Position numbers and translations under genes: made by a program. This document shows positions 40,976 through 51,874 of a DNA stretch of 53,176 bases, piece by piece. Numbering within the stretch: position 1 is the first letter of the stretch; every line of letters begins with the position of its first letter. A model generated the notes under the pieces. The model worked only from the letters and a program-made list of their open reading frames with translations. It was not told the origin of the DNA and searched no databases. The DNA lies in assembly GCA_031414775.1 (NCBI GenBank), contig JANOQI010000004.1, positions 1 through 53,176 on the forward strand, written 5' to 3'. Source of the DNA: Synechococcales cyanobacterium VAR_4_metabat_354. GTDB lineage: Bacteria > Cyanobacteriota > Cyanobacteriia > Cyanobacteriales > Chamaesiphonaceae.

Positions 40976-41332
40976 TTACGGTAAAGTGCGTTGGCGAATC
41001 TGATCGCGATCCACCACAGTAAATCGTTCCTCAAACAGCAATCCTTCCCTCCAGAATAAATTCAGCAATAACAATGCTGGCTCTTCCGGCGTGTGGGGAC
41101 GAAATCGCAAATAAATGACACCTTTGGGAGAACGTAGCCGCAAGCGATAAATAAGTTCACCATAATCACGATCGAAAGTCAAAATCACTCGTTGCTCATC
41201 TGCCGCACGCGCCAAAACCTCTGTATCTTCGATTCCTGGAGAATCCTCAGTTATTGAAGCGGTATCATACCCCTTCTCTCGAAGCAGTCGCACACTGGGC
41301 AAGAGAAAGTTTTCATTTGCCAGAAACCGCAT
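40976..41332 (-). CDS. DUF5615 PIN-like toxin
   Basis: MRFLANENF, D.EVL..A, VILTFDRDYGEL; overlaps the DUF433 gene. Confidence 0.85.
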   Translation of the reverse strand: MRFLANENFLLPSVRLLREKGYDTASITEDSPGIEDTEVLARAADEQRVILTFDRDYGELIYRLRLRSPKGVIYLRFRPHTPEEPALLLLNLFWREGLLFEERFTVVDRDQIRQRTLP

Positions 41333-41577
41333 CAGCTGGCCTCAGGCAACAATAAAGATGTATAGAATACATCCTCTTTGAGACATTCCGCCGCAAAAGA
41401 AAATACAGCCTGAATCGATTCCGGATGAAGTGTTGGATAGCTCTCTAAAACTTGTTGCTCCGACCATCCTTCTGAAAATAGTCCCAAAATAAACTCCACC
41501 GATAGTCGCGTTCCCTTGACTACAGGTTTGCCGAGCAGAATTTTAGGATCTGAATGAATATAAGTCTTCCAGTTCAT
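41332..41577 (-). CDS. DUF433 antitoxin
   Basis: IHSDPKILLGKPVVKGTRLSVE...YPTL. Confidence 0.9.
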   Translation of the reverse strand: MNWKTYIHSDPKILLGKPVVKGTRLSVEFILGLFSEGWSEQQVLESYPTLHPESIQAVFSFAAECLKEDVFYTSLLLPEAS

Positions 41578-41724
41578 AATTCAGCTTACCCCTCTAGTCG
41601 TTTGATCTATTATGCTCGATCGCACCTAACATTTTAGCTACTACCAACTCTAGCTCAAGAAATTCCTACTCTTCTCAATTACAACCCTACAGAGCTTCGA
41701 TCGAATGTAAAATTGACTTCGACA

Positions 41725-43965
41725 ATGGCGATCGACCAAACACAACACCGCCGTCCTCAGTCTCTGGAATCAATGATCTCCTCCACCGTCCAAACGCCCG
41801 AACAAGCCCTCAAGCACTTCTTTGGCTACGACAATTTCCGCCTCGGTCAACAAGAAGTAGTCCAAGCCGTGCTGGATAACCAAGACGTGTTGGTAATCAT
41901 GCCCACGGGTGGCGGCAAATCGATCTGCTTTCAACTCCCGGCGCTGCTCAAAACCGGCGTTACTATCGTGGTTTCACCGCTGATTGCCCTCATGCAAGAT
42001 CAAGTGGAAGCCCTCCAAGACAATGGCATTAGTGCCACTTTTCTGAACAGCAGCGTCAGTGGCATCGAAGTCCAAACTAGAGCGCAAAAAGTATTGAGCG
42101 GCGAAACAAAACTGCTTTATGTGGCTCCCGAGCGGTTAATGAGTGATCGATTTCTAGAATTTCTCGATCAAATTCACACCGAAATTGGGATTGCTAACTT
42201 TGCGATCGATGAAGCCCATTGTGTATCGGAATGGGGTCACGATTTTCGGCCAGAATATCGACAGCTCAGCACCATTCGGCACCGCTATCCCCTTGTCCCC
42301 TTTCTAGCTCTGACGGCCACTGCCACCCAGCGGGTGCGCCAAGATATCGTCAATCAGTTACAACTCCGACAGCCTAACGTTCATCTCTCTAGCTTTAACC
42401 GCCAAAACCTCTATTACGAAATTCGTCCGAAGGGTAAAAGCACCTACAAAGAGCTGTTGAAAGTAGTTCAACAGTCCAAAGGATCGGGAATTGTCTACTG
42501 CCTGAGCCGCAAGAAGGTGAATGAAGTTACGGCTCAACTACAAGCTGATGGTATTGATGCACTGCCTTATCATGCCGGATTAAATAACAAGGAACGAGAA
42601 ACTAACCAGCGTCGCTTTATTCGCGATGATGTGCAGGTGATGGTGGCCACCGTTGCCTTTGGTATGGGCATTAACAAACTGGATGTGCGGTTTGTGATTC
42701 ACTACGATCTGCCCCGCAATTTAGAGGGCTATTATCAAGAATCGGGACGGGCTGGTCGGGATGGGGAACCGGCTGACTGTATTTTCTTTTTTGGTTATGG
42801 TGACATTAAAACTATTGAGTTTTTAATTGCCCAAAAAGTCGATCCAGAAACGGGTGCACCCTTGGCTGAAGAACAGCAGGTGGCCAAGCAGCAACTAAAT
42901 CAAGTAATTGCCTATGCCGAAGGTACCGACTGTCGGCGGCGGATTCAACTGCGCTATTTTGGGGAAGACTTTCCTGGTAACTGCGGCAACTGTGACAACT
43001 GCTTGCGCCCCAAAGCTGAAGTAGACTGGACGATCGAAGCCCAAAAATTCTTGTCCTGTGTCTATCGCTGCAAAGGCAAGTTCGGGATGAAGTACACGAT
43101 CGATATTTTGCGTGGTTCCAAAGACAAGCGGATTCTGATGAATGAACACGATCAGCTCTCTACCTATGGAATTGGCCGCGACCATACCGCCGATGAGTGG
43201 AAAGTATTAGGCCGGTCGCTACTACACCAAGGATTATTGGCCGAAACCACCGACGGCTATGCAGTGTTGGGTCTGAATGATTTAAGCAAGGAAGTTCTGC
43301 GCGGTGACAGACAAGTGTTGATTTCGCTACCCAACCAACCCCAAGTGGTCACCGCAGCAACCTCTGCGGGGCGAGCGATGGCCGAATTGTTGTTCGATCG
43401 ATTGCGGGTTTTTCGCAAGCAAGTGGCCGATGCCCAGTCAGTGGCTCCCTATATTGTGTTTGCCGACTCCAGTCTGAAGCTAATGGCCAACCAGCAACCC
43501 CAAACACTAGCGGAGTTTGCCGAGATTTCGGGAGTGGGTAGTCGCAAATTAGCCCAGTACGGGGGAAATTTTGTGGCAGAAATTCGGGCTTTTTGTGAAG
43601 AGCAGGGGATTGCTTTGCGATCAGAACGAAATGTGATGCCTACGATTGCTTCGGCAGAAACGGGCCTTAGTCATTTAGAAACTCGCAATCTCTATCAGCG
43701 GGGATTATTACCTGCCGAAATTGCTCAGCAACGGCAGCTGAAGCTAGCCACGATTATGAATCATTTAGAAATATTGTTAGAAGCTGGTGAATTAACGGAT
43801 ATCGATCGATTAGTGCCCCCGGCACATCAGGTGGTAATTAAAGGTGCGATCGAGCAAGTGGGCGATAGTACGCTCAAAACGATCTATGAACATCTGAGTG
43901 AAGAGTATCACTACGACGAAATCAAATTAGTGAGAGCTGCGTGGCGGTCTGCTCTGACTCTCTAA
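41725..43965 (+). CDS. recQ: ATP-dependent DNA helicase RecQ
   Basis: MPTGGGKS, DEAHCVSEWGHDFRPEY, QESGRAGRDG, CRR...CGNCDNC, RQC/HRDC domains. Start uncertain (41725 or 41773). Confidence 0.95.
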   Translation: MAIDQTQHRRPQSLESMISSTVQTPEQALKHFFGYDNFRLGQQEVVQAVLDNQDVLVIMPTGGGKSICFQLPALLKTGVTIVVSPLIALMQDQVEALQDNGISATFLNSSVSGIEVQTRAQKVLSGETKLLYVAPERLMSDRFLEFLDQIHTEIGIANFAIDEAHCVSEWGHDFRPEYRQLSTIRHRYPLVPFLALTATATQRVRQDIVNQLQLRQPNVHLSSFNRQNLYYEIRPKGKSTYKELLKVVQQSKGSGIVYCLSRKKVNEVTAQLQADGIDALPYHAGLNNKERETNQRRFIRDDVQVMVATVAFGMGINKLDVRFVIHYDLPRNLEGYYQESGRAGRDGEPADCIFFFGYGDIKTIEFLIAQKVDPETGAPLAEEQQVAKQQLNQVIAYAEGTDCRRRIQLRYFGEDFPGNCGNCDNCLRPKAEVDWTIEAQKFLSCVYRCKGKFGMKYTIDILRGSKDKRILMNEHDQLSTYGIGRDHTADEWKVLGRSLLHQGLLAETTDGYAVLGLNDLSKEVLRGDRQVLISLPNQPQVVTAATSAGRAMAELLFDRLRVFRKQVADAQSVAPYIVFADSSLKLMANQQPQTLAEFAEISGVGSRKLAQYGGNFVAEIRAFCEEQGIALRSERNVMPTIASAETGLSHLETRNLYQRGLLPAEIAQQRQLKLATIMNHLEILLEAGELTDIDRLVPPAHQVVIKGAIEQVGDSTLKTIYEHLSEEYHYDEIKLVRAAWRSALTL

Positions 43966-44187
43966 GACGAATGTGAAATTTAGGTACCAGGAATATACAA
44001 ACAGCAAAAAACACGATAAGATTCCCTACAAAATACCGGGACAGCTGTAGGTAATTGCCACCACAGTACTGAGCAGAAACAAAATCGAATTGTCTAAAGA
44101 TAGTAGATGCATAGAATTTTTGGCAGCGTAGATTTATTATGCCCACGATGGCGCAGACTTAATTCACAAGACAAATTAGTTACTTAA

Positions 44188-45198
44188 CTAGTTTCCCACT
44201 CCATCTAAGCGCGGATTAAAAGTCTCGATCGATCTCAACTCTTCATAGAGCTTTTTCTCGGCATCAGAGATTTTCTTCGGCACCACAATCTGCACCTCTA
44301 ACAATTGGTCACCGCGTTCCCCGTTTTCCTGGGGAAACCCTTTCCCCGCCAACCGTAGTCGGCGACCAGTATTAACCCCCGTCGGTAGACTAATCTTCAC
44401 CAATCCATCCAACGTCGGTACCTCGACAAAGCCCCCCAACACCGCCTCCGCCGGGGTTACCGGTAGAGAGCAATGAATATCCCACCCTTCTAATCGAAAA
44501 CGGTGGTGCGGAATCACATCGATTTTCAAGAATAAATCGCCACTGGCAATCCCTTGACCACGCAGCCGAATCATATGACCAGGTAACATTCCAGGTGGCA
44601 TATCTACTTCTAACGAGCGGCCATCTTCCAGCTTAATTCGTTCTCGTCCACCCTGATAGGCTTTTTCTAACGGCAATCGTAATTCGGCTTCCACATTTTT
44701 AGAGCGCGGGGGTGGCTCCGTTCTGGGGAAAGAACTGTATAGATCATTATCAGCTGCCGAGTTGCGGCCAGGTCGTCGCCCAGATTCTGGGGGAGCGTCG
44801 TACCGGTTGGCATCTTCTCGATCGTCAGAATTATCTTTTGGTTTTCGTCCTAGCAACTGATCAATAAAGCTATTAAAGTCACCAAACTGGCTAAAATCTT
44901 CATCATTGCGAGCCTGACCGTCGGGCTTATTATTGATGTTGCCCCAAAAGTCTTTATTGCGGCCTTTTTTACTCCGCCAAAAGCGGGTGAATTGATCGTA
45001 TTGGCTGCGGGACATCGGGTCGGAAAGAATCCGGTAAGCTTCGTTAAACTCCTTGAATTTTTCCTCGGCTACTTTATTCCCAGGATTCATATCTGGGTGA
45101 TACTGCCGAGCCAGCTGCCGAAATGCTTTTTTGATATCTTCCGGACTGGAATTGCGTTCTACGCCTAACAGTTCGTAATAATTCCGAATATTTTCCAT
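44188..45198 (-). CDS. dnaJ: DnaJ-class co-chaperone (type II, no zinc finger)
   Basis: [11 protein letters not shown] motif, C-terminal [14 protein letters not shown]; lies downstream of dnaK3. Confidence 0.9.
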   Translation of the reverse strand: MENIRNYYELLGVERNSSPEDIKKAFRQLARQYHPDMNPGNKVAEEKFKEFNEAYRILSDPMSRSQYDQFTRFWRSKKGRNKDFWGNINNKPDGQARNDEDFSQFGDFNSFIDQLLGRKPKDNSDDREDANRYDAPPESGRRPGRNSAADNDLYSSFPRTEPPPRSKNVEAELRLPLEKAYQGGRERIKLEDGRSLEVDMPPGMLPGHMIRLRGQGIASGDLFLKIDVIPHHRFRLEGWDIHCSLPVTPAEAVLGGFVEVPTLDGLVKISLPTGVNTGRRLRLAGKGFPQENGERGDQLLEVQIVVPKKISDAEKKLYEELRSIETFNPRLDGVGN

Positions 45199-45209
45199 AG
45201 TGTTAGTCG

Positions 45210-47609
45210 TTAGTACCACTCATCTTCATCTTCCCAGGCATCTTGGCTCGTCGGCGGCGGTGGCGGACGACGCTCTAGATTATTATTACTTGTGTTCAAT
45301 CGTCTGTCATTATTGGGCGGATAGTTGCGTTTTTCTGGAACATCGGGCTGCTGGCGAGGACGATCTTCTCTACGTGACGATAACTGCTCCTCATTGCCAC
45401 GGTCACGATATCGATTTTCTGCGGGGTATTCAGGATCGTTCGATCGATCATCGCGGGAGCGGGGAAGTGGGGAAGACCGATCTTCATAACCACCGTCGGA
45501 TTGGGGTCGTCTAGACCGTCTGTCATTGGCGCGACCGTCGGTGGGGAAGTCATTTATCTCTCGCCGGGGTTCATTACGACGATTGTAATCATCATTCGCC
45601 CGGTTGTAGCCACCATCATAGCCCCGGCTATTCGGGTAGGGCGTGGAGTAGTCGGTGGGACGATAGGGGTCGTAATTGGGTGCGGGTGGAAGCATTCGAC
45701 CAGAGGAGCCATAGTCGCGGTTGTCGTAGAATTCGTCATCATCCCCAAGCAAGGTCTTTTTCAGAGTGGTGAAGAAGCCTTCATCTTCGGAGTCGGTCAG
45801 TAGCCGCACTTGGCGATTGATGTCGTACAGCAGTTCATCTAATTCGATTTTGATACTTTCTACTTCGCGTTCATCATTGTTTTGCAGCGCGCCTCTTAAC
45901 TCCTGCACCAAGGTTTCGACCTGTCGCCGTTGGCCGCTGGCAAATTGCATCCCAAATTCGAGGGCAATTTCCCGCATCCGCCGTTCGGCCTGGTAGGTGA
46001 GCGATTCGGCCTTGTTACGCTTTTCCACCTTGTCTTTTTTCTGACGATCGGCTGTAGCAAACTGTTCGGCTTCTTCAATCATCCGCTGCACTTCCGATTC
46101 ATTCAGAGTCGATGCGCCCTGCACCGTAATCGTCTGCTCGCGGCCAGTCATCCGATCCATAGCCGTCACTTGCAAGATGCCGTTGGCATCAATATCCAAG
46201 GCTACCTGAATTTGGGGTAAACCTTTGGGTGACGGCGGAATGCCAGTGAGTTTGAACCGACCTAATGATTTATTATCGGCGGCCATTTCCCGTTCACCTT
46301 GCACTACATGGATTTCCACCATCGTTTGGTTGTTTTCGGAGGTGGAAAAAGTGTCCGATCGCCTCACTGGAATGGTGGTATTGCGAGGAATCAGCTTTTT
46401 CGTCACCCCGCCAATGGTTTCTAAGCCGATGGTGAGGGGAGTGACATCTAGCAGCAAGAGTTCTTTGACTTCACCAGATAAAACGCCCGCTTGGATTGCC
46501 GCTCCGATCGCCACTACTTCATCGGGGTTGACGTTTTGATTGGGACGTTTGTTCAAAATCTGTCGGACGGTATCTTGCACCACTGGCATCCGGGTAGAAC
46601 CGCCGACTAGCACTACTTCATCAATGTCTCGTGCGGTCATCCCCGCATCAGCCAAAGCTCGTTTTACTGGTGCTTGCAGCCGCGTCAATAATTCGCCGCA
46701 CATTTCCTCGAAAATGGCACGGGTTAAGCTGGTTTCAATGTGCTTAGGACCTTCAGTGGTGGCGGTGATAAAGGGCAGATTAATCTCGGTGCTGGCTACG
46801 CCTGATAGCTCGATCTTAGCCTTCTCGGCTGCATCAGCTAAGCGTTGCAGTGACTGCCGTTCTTTGCGCAGATCAATACCTTCAGTCTTTAGGAATTCAT
46901 CAGCCAGCCAGTTCACAATCTTGCGATCGAAGTCATTGCCGCCTAGTTGGGTATCGCCGCTGGTAGCTTTGACTTCAAATACGCCATCACCTACTTCCAA
47001 AATGGAAACATCAAAAGTCCCACCGCCCAGGTCAAAGACCAAGATGGTTTGCATCTCGCTTTTATCCAAACCATAAGCTAGGGAAGCGGCAGTAGGTTCA
47101 TTTAAAATCCGTAGTACTTCTAAACCAGCAATCCGGCCAGCATCACGGGTAGCTTGGCGTTGGGAGTCGTTAAAGTAGGCCGGTACGGCGATGACCACCC
47201 CGGTGACTTCCTCTCCCAAATATCTTTCCGCTTCATCGACTAGTTTCTGGAGAATCATCGCCGAAATTTCTTCCGAGGCATATTCCCGGTTTTGGCGCGG
47301 GCAACGAATTTTGACGTTGCCGTTATCGTCTTTACGAATGGTGTAGGGAACTTGCTTGGCCTGGGGACTCAGTTCAGCGTATTTGCGCCCCAAAAAGCGT
47401 TTGACCCCGTAGAACGTATTCTGGGGGTTCATTTCGGCTTGTCGCCGCGCCAGTTGACCCACCAACCGCTCGCCATCTTTGCTAAAGCCCACAACAGAGG
47501 GGGTAGTGCGCGTGCCTTCGGCGTTGGCGATGACTACTGGCTTGCCACCTTCCATCACGGCTACTACCGAGTAGGTTGTGCCTAAATCAATGCCGACTAC
47601 TTTACCCAT
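45210..47609 (-). CDS. dnaK: Chaperone DnaK (cyanobacterial DnaK3 type with long C-terminal extension)
   Basis: [38 protein letters not shown]; tail ends WEDEDEWY; paired with dnaJ. Confidence 0.95.
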   Translation of the reverse strand: MGKVVGIDLGTTYSVVAVMEGGKPVVIANAEGTRTTPSVVGFSKDGERLVGQLARRQAEMNPQNTFYGVKRFLGRKYAELSPQAKQVPYTIRKDDNGNVKIRCPRQNREYASEEISAMILQKLVDEAERYLGEEVTGVVIAVPAYFNDSQRQATRDAGRIAGLEVLRILNEPTAASLAYGLDKSEMQTILVFDLGGGTFDVSILEVGDGVFEVKATSGDTQLGGNDFDRKIVNWLADEFLKTEGIDLRKERQSLQRLADAAEKAKIELSGVASTEINLPFITATTEGPKHIETSLTRAIFEEMCGELLTRLQAPVKRALADAGMTARDIDEVVLVGGSTRMPVVQDTVRQILNKRPNQNVNPDEVVAIGAAIQAGVLSGEVKELLLLDVTPLTIGLETIGGVTKKLIPRNTTIPVRRSDTFSTSENNQTMVEIHVVQGEREMAADNKSLGRFKLTGIPPSPKGLPQIQVALDIDANGILQVTAMDRMTGREQTITVQGASTLNESEVQRMIEEAEQFATADRQKKDKVEKRNKAESLTYQAERRMREIALEFGMQFASGQRRQVETLVQELRGALQNNDEREVESIKIELDELLYDINRQVRLLTDSEDEGFFTTLKKTLLGDDDEFYDNRDYGSSGRMLPPAPNYDPYRPTDYSTPYPNSRGYDGGYNRANDDYNRRNEPRREINDFPTDGRANDRRSRRPQSDGGYEDRSSPLPRSRDDRSNDPEYPAENRYRDRGNEEQLSSRREDRPRQQPDVPEKRNYPPNNDRRLNTSNNNLERRPPPPPTSQDAWEDEDEWY

Positions 47610-47797
47610 CCCTAATATTTCCCGATCGATAGCATACTGATTATATTAGAACCTGGGGTGCAGATTCCCCAGTGAAAATGAGGCTTCCAGATTCTTAGTT
47701 CAGCCAAATAATTAGCCGAAGCTGCTATTGTGCTTACGCTTTGTCCATTGTATCGAACTCTACGGGGTGGGGTTTCCCGTACCTCTGGGCTGGTCGG

Positions 47798-48118
47798 TTA
47801 GGTTTTAGAGCCAGCTATGGCGGTGGCGATATCGGTACGGGCTGCGCCCAGGGCGAGTAGTGATTTAATTAGGAGATCGATCGATACCGACGGATCGCTG
47901 GCTTCCATTTTGGCTACTCGGGATTGACTGGAACTGATGTTCTTAGCCAACTTTTGTTGAGACAGATGTTGTTGTTGTCTCAATTTTTTAAGGTATTTAC
48001 TGATTGATAATCGAATTTCAACAATTGCTTCTTCTTCTGGGGAAAGCTGTAGAAATTCAGTGATACTGCCAACTTGCCAGCCAGCAGCTTCTAGCTTCTG
48101 CCGTTTTGTTGGTTCCAT
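47798..48118 (-). CDS. XRE-family HTH antitoxin
   Basis: KRQKLEAAGWQVG...EFL.LS.EE, LSQQKLA...SSQSRVAKME..DPSVSIDLL. Confidence 0.85.
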   Translation of the reverse strand: MEPTKRQKLEAAGWQVGSITEFLQLSPEEEAIVEIRLSISKYLKKLRQQQHLSQQKLAKNISSSQSRVAKMEASDPSVSIDLLIKSLLALGAARTDIATAIAGSKT

Positions 48119-48138
48119 AATTTATTTGGTACCAGGAA

Positions 48139-48207
48139 TTATCCTGTACCTGAGATTTCATCATATAGTTTTAGTCTTTTCTGACAATTATCGATGACTT
48201 GCTTAGG
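48139..48207 (-). pseudogene. C-terminal stub of a RelE/Gp49-like toxin
   Basis: PKQVIDNCQKRLKLYDEISGTG*, ending 20 nt before the antitoxin ATG; no upstream toxin ORF. Confidence 0.7.
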
Positions 48208-48352
48208 GCAATAGTCCGGACAATTTTTCAGTGCAGGGCTGAAAACCTTATTCTATCGTTGCTACTAAAAAACTGTTGGCCAATACAGCGGTTTAAGAGT
48301 TGATACAGATAGTATTTGCTCCTTTGCGGTTCAGCAATTTGTTATGCTCCAG

Positions 48353-51300
48353 CTACTTGCTAATATTACGCACTGTTACCTCAAAATCATCACAAAGTTT
48401 ATTTACCAAATCTTCCATTTCCTTGAAAAAATAACTTCCTACAGTCTTCTGATTTAAGATTTTGTATCTACGATAGATCTTTCCGAAGTCATTATATATT
48501 TCGTCTTCTGAGATATTGGAGTTGATCTTGACGATCAATCGTTTACCCTCATCGGATTGTTGAACATAGGCAAAAAAGGCACTAATCTTTGATGCAAAAT
48601 CACGAATCTGCTCTCCTTTTAAGTCTTCTTGATCGTTGCGAGCTTCAAGAATAGCAAGCACATCAAATTGATGGACATGATAAGTTTCTGATGCTTCTGC
48701 CACCTTCGATTCTCGCTTTTTCTTTGGCTCTGACTCCTTGGTCTCAACTTCAATAATGCCAATTTGATTATCGAAGTAGACTTCGATCGCGTCTTTTACG
48801 TCATCAGTTCGATAAAGCCTGTTGTAGATGGCGTTGAAGAATCGTAGAAATTCCAGAAGGGTGTGTTCACTGTATTTTTCATCCAGAGTAATCACATACT
48901 CAATGCGATTGAGTATGGTGAAATACTGGGCGGCTTTAGCTTTGGTATCAGCGGTGCGATTGGGGTTAGCGCTAATATACTTTTCGATGCTGCTTTCTAG
49001 ATTAAGGTATCTTTCTGGATCAGTCCGTTTGGCATCATCGTTAAAGATGGCGAGAAAGGTAGTAAAAAATTCTGTGTAAATATCGGACTTTTTAAGTTCG
49101 GTGAAGAGGATGTCTAAAACTCGCTGATCGCTGAAGGGGTCAAAGTCGCTGACTACAACATCAGAGAAGTGTTCAAAGGCATCTTTGAGGTTTTGAATGT
49201 TGACGTTGTTGTAAGAAAAGTCAACAATCTTACAGTCGTTTTTATATTTGGTGGTGCGATTGACTCGTGAAATGGCTTGGATCGCCGCAATGCCTTTGAT
49301 TTCTTTATCGAGAAATAGGGTGTGGAGTTTTTTTTCGTCAAATCCCGTTTGGAGCTTGGCGACGACGATGATTAAGCCGTTTTTCTTGAGGGCAAAACTT
49401 TCTAAGGCTTTTTCTTCTGCGAGTCCGTCGTTTAGTCCTGTGGCGCTTTGTTCGTCTTGGTTACTGGAATAGACAACATGAATGGGCGCGTCGGTGTATT
49501 TGGAGTATTTGGGTTGTTGGACGAGTTCGTTAAAGTGTTGAGTGACGGCCTGTTTGTAGGCGATCGCCGCTTTAATCGAATACACTGCTAGCATGGCTTT
49601 GCCTGTACCGCGAATTTGCCGATAGACATCTTTGACAAGGAGATCGGCAATATATTGGGCGATCGCACCAATTCGCTCACGGTTTTCGTAGATGTCTTTT
49701 TTATCTGCGTCTTTATAGTTGGGTTCAGTGAAACCTTCTAGGTCGTTGCTGGGTAGATCAAACAGCATTTTGGAGGCGACGGGGACGATATTTTTGAGCG
49801 GGTTGAGGATGAAGCCATCTTCAATCGCTTCTTTCATGGTGTAGGCGTCGAAGGGCACCCAGAGTTTTTCGCTTTCGGCATAGCCGCTGAATTCCCCAAA
49901 GCGGGCAAGGGTATGATCGTCGGGGGTAGCGGTGAAGCCGACAATGAGATTCTTTTTGGTGCGCAGGAGGCTGTATTGCTGTTGGCTATCGAAGGGGGTT
50001 TGGAGTTCGTCGAAGATATTGACCATTTCTTCGTGTTGGTCGCCGCTGTTGGAGCGGTGGATTTCGTCAATCAGGAAGACGATGCGGAGTTGGGCGAGTT
50101 TTTGCAGGGTGTCGGCATCGAGCATTTCCCGCACGGAGCCAAATTTTTGCAGGTTAACGATGACGAGGCGGGTGTCGGATTTGAGGGCGGCTTGGAAGGT
50201 GGTTTTGTTGTGGGCTTCGATGTACATCCGGTTATCGATGTTCATGTTCAGCAGTTTGGAGTCGATCTGGCTGCGGAGTTGGAGCCGATCGACCACAATC
50301 ATGATTTTGTCGTAGACATATTGTCCGTTGCGGCGGAGGTCTTTGAGTTGGAGTGCTGTCCAGCCGATGATGTTGGATTTGCCGAATCCGGCGGCGTATT
50401 GCAGCAGTAGGGAGTAAACGTTTTTGTTGTTGGCGTAGGCACGGCGCTTTTCGATCAGTTCGGCGCGTTTGCTGGGGGAGGTGTGGGCGAGCTGCTGTTC
50501 GAGCTGGTGGAGAAAGTAGTCGGCTTCGGTTTCGTGGGCGAGGAATTCGTCGATTTTGGCGAGGATTTTGTCGGTGCCAAATTTTTGCTTGGGACGGGGG
50601 GAAATTAGGTATCCGAGTTCGTTTTTGAGTTCTTTGCGGCCATTGATGACATAGACATCACGTTCAATGAAGTTGTAGTAGAGAATTTCTTTTTCGATAT
50701 TGCTTTTGCTGTAGTGGGCGGTGAAGAGTTCTTTGAGTTTGTCTTTTTTGTCGGCGGTGGGTTTGAGTAGGGGATAGGGTTTGAAGACTTTGAGGGCTTT
50801 TTTTTCGTATTCTTCGCGATCGAATTTACCTTCGCGGCAGGTGGTGAGGATTTCGTCGAAGAAGTCGGACAGGGTGCGAATAATGTAGGTTTCGCCGATG
50901 TCGGTGCTGGTAATGTGGATAGCTTTTTCAAAGATTTTGAGAAAGTCTTTGCGGTAGGTGTCTTTTTCTTTGTCACTGAGGTGGGGGTTGCGATCGAAGG
51001 TTTCGTAATAGACCTTGACGGCCTCGAAGTAGTCTTTAATGACTTTGCCGCGTCCATTTTTACGGGCGTTTTGGTTGGTGAGGTTAGATTTTAGTTCGCT
51101 GTAGCCGAGGTAGATGCCGTTGACGAAGAGGCTGATGTCGGGGCGGAAGGAGAAGATCTGTTTGCCTTGATATTTGTATTTGTAGGGGAGTTCTTGGACG
51201 ACGGAGAAGATGTTTTGATCGAAAAGGCGGCTGCCATGAATAACACTATCGTCGGTGTAGAACAGGTGGAGTTTGATGCCTTGGAGGGTGACGGATTTGT

Positions 51301-51574
51301 TGGCGTTGATGAAGAGAGACATGTTGCGGCTGCTGGCGATCCGGTCTTGGATCAGTTCGATCAGTTCTGTTAGGAGTTTTTGGGCGTTGCCGTTGTATTT
51401 TTTGAGGAGGGTTTCGTAGGCTTGTTGGTTGAGTTCGGTGGTGGCGATGAAGGTTTGCAGGTCTTCTTCGATGATCAGGCTATTGGTGATGGTGTTGGCT
51501 TTGACTTCTTTGTAGCCGAGTTCATCCCGAAAGAAGGGAATGAGGAATTTATCTTGGAGGTGAAGTTCACTCAT
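48353..51574 (-). CDS. hsdR: Type I restriction endonuclease subunit R
   Basis: RPD..LFVNGI....ELK nuclease motif, AAGFGKS, VVDR.QL, IDEIHRS, GFTATP, KLQTGFD, QAISRVNR. Confidence 0.9.
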   Translation of the reverse strand: MSELHLQDKFLIPFFRDELGYKEVKANTITNSLIIEEDLQTFIATTELNQQAYETLLKKYNGNAQKLLTELIELIQDRIASSRNMSLFINANKSVTLQGIKLHLFYTDDSVIHGSRLFDQNIFSVVQELPYKYKYQGKQIFSFRPDISLFVNGIYLGYSELKSNLTNQNARKNGRGKVIKDYFEAVKVYYETFDRNPHLSDKEKDTYRKDFLKIFEKAIHITSTDIGETYIIRTLSDFFDEILTTCREGKFDREEYEKKALKVFKPYPLLKPTADKKDKLKELFTAHYSKSNIEKEILYYNFIERDVYVINGRKELKNELGYLISPRPKQKFGTDKILAKIDEFLAHETEADYFLHQLEQQLAHTSPSKRAELIEKRRAYANNKNVYSLLLQYAAGFGKSNIIGWTALQLKDLRRNGQYVYDKIMIVVDRLQLRSQIDSKLLNMNIDNRMYIEAHNKTTFQAALKSDTRLVIVNLQKFGSVREMLDADTLQKLAQLRIVFLIDEIHRSNSGDQHEEMVNIFDELQTPFDSQQQYSLLRTKKNLIVGFTATPDDHTLARFGEFSGYAESEKLWVPFDAYTMKEAIEDGFILNPLKNIVPVASKMLFDLPSNDLEGFTEPNYKDADKKDIYENRERIGAIAQYIADLLVKDVYRQIRGTGKAMLAVYSIKAAIAYKQAVTQHFNELVQQPKYSKYTDAPIHVVYSSNQDEQSATGLNDGLAEEKALESFALKKNGLIIVVAKLQTGFDEKKLHTLFLDKEIKGIAAIQAISRVNRTTKYKNDCKIVDFSYNNVNIQNLKDAFEHFSDVVVSDFDPFSDQRVLDILFTELKKSDIYTEFFTTFLAIFNDDAKRTDPERYLNLESSIEKYISANPNRTADTKAKAAQYFTILNRIEYVITLDEKYSEHTLLEFLRFFNAIYNRLYRTDDVKDAIEVYFDNQIGIIEVETKESEPKKKRESKVAEASETYHVHQFDVLAILEARNDQEDLKGEQIRDFASKISAFFAYVQQSDEGKRLIVKINSNISEDEIYNDFGKIYRRYKILNQKTVGSYFFKEMEDLVNKLCDDFEVTVRNISK

Positions 51575-51593
51575 CGTTTTTTTGGGGAAAGGC

Positions 51594-51620
51594 TATACTA
51601 AAGTAAGGAATTCTTACTTT
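51594..51620 (+). promoter_or_regulatory. -10 box and palindromic operator of TA module copy 2
   Basis: TATACT at 51594-51599, then AAAGTAAG-GAATT-CTTACTTT. Confidence 0.7.
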
Positions 51621-51652
51621 CTGTATTTTACTATGCGATTAGAAAATTTGCC

Positions 51653-51874
51653 ATGCTTGCCAAATTAACCGCGAAAAATCAGCTTACGCTGCCTAAATCT
51701 ATTACCAGGGAGATTGGGGCGGCTGAGTATTTTGATGTGCGGGTGGAAGGTGGAGAAATTATTTTGACCCCGGTAAAAATTCAACGGGCTGATGCGGTGC
51801 GGGCGAAGTTGGCAGCGCTGGAGTTGAGTGAGCAAGATGTTGCTGATGCGGTGGCTTGGGCGCGGGAGTCATGA
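51653..51874 (+). CDS. AbrB/MazE-family antitoxin (copy 2)
   Basis: 60 of 73 residues identical to copy 1 by manual alignment. Confidence 0.88.
   Translation: MLAKLTAKNQLTLPKSITREIGAAEYFDVRVEGGEIILTPVKIQRADAVRAKLAALELSEQDVADAVAWARES

Noticed and set aside
45766..47585. Long antisense ORFs opposite dnaK (and similar ones opposite purB, secD, pyrB, ychF and hsdR)
   Set aside because: Shadow ORFs arising from codon bias in conserved genes; no independent coding evidence.
47570..47590. GTTYS instead of GTTNS in DnaK
   Set aside because: A single substitution also found in functional Hsp70s; no evidence of unusual origin.
43983..48139. GGTACCAGGAAT on both sides of the dnaK3-dnaJ/antitoxin block
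   Set aside because: A single 12-bp match flanking core genes with no recombinase; could be chance.
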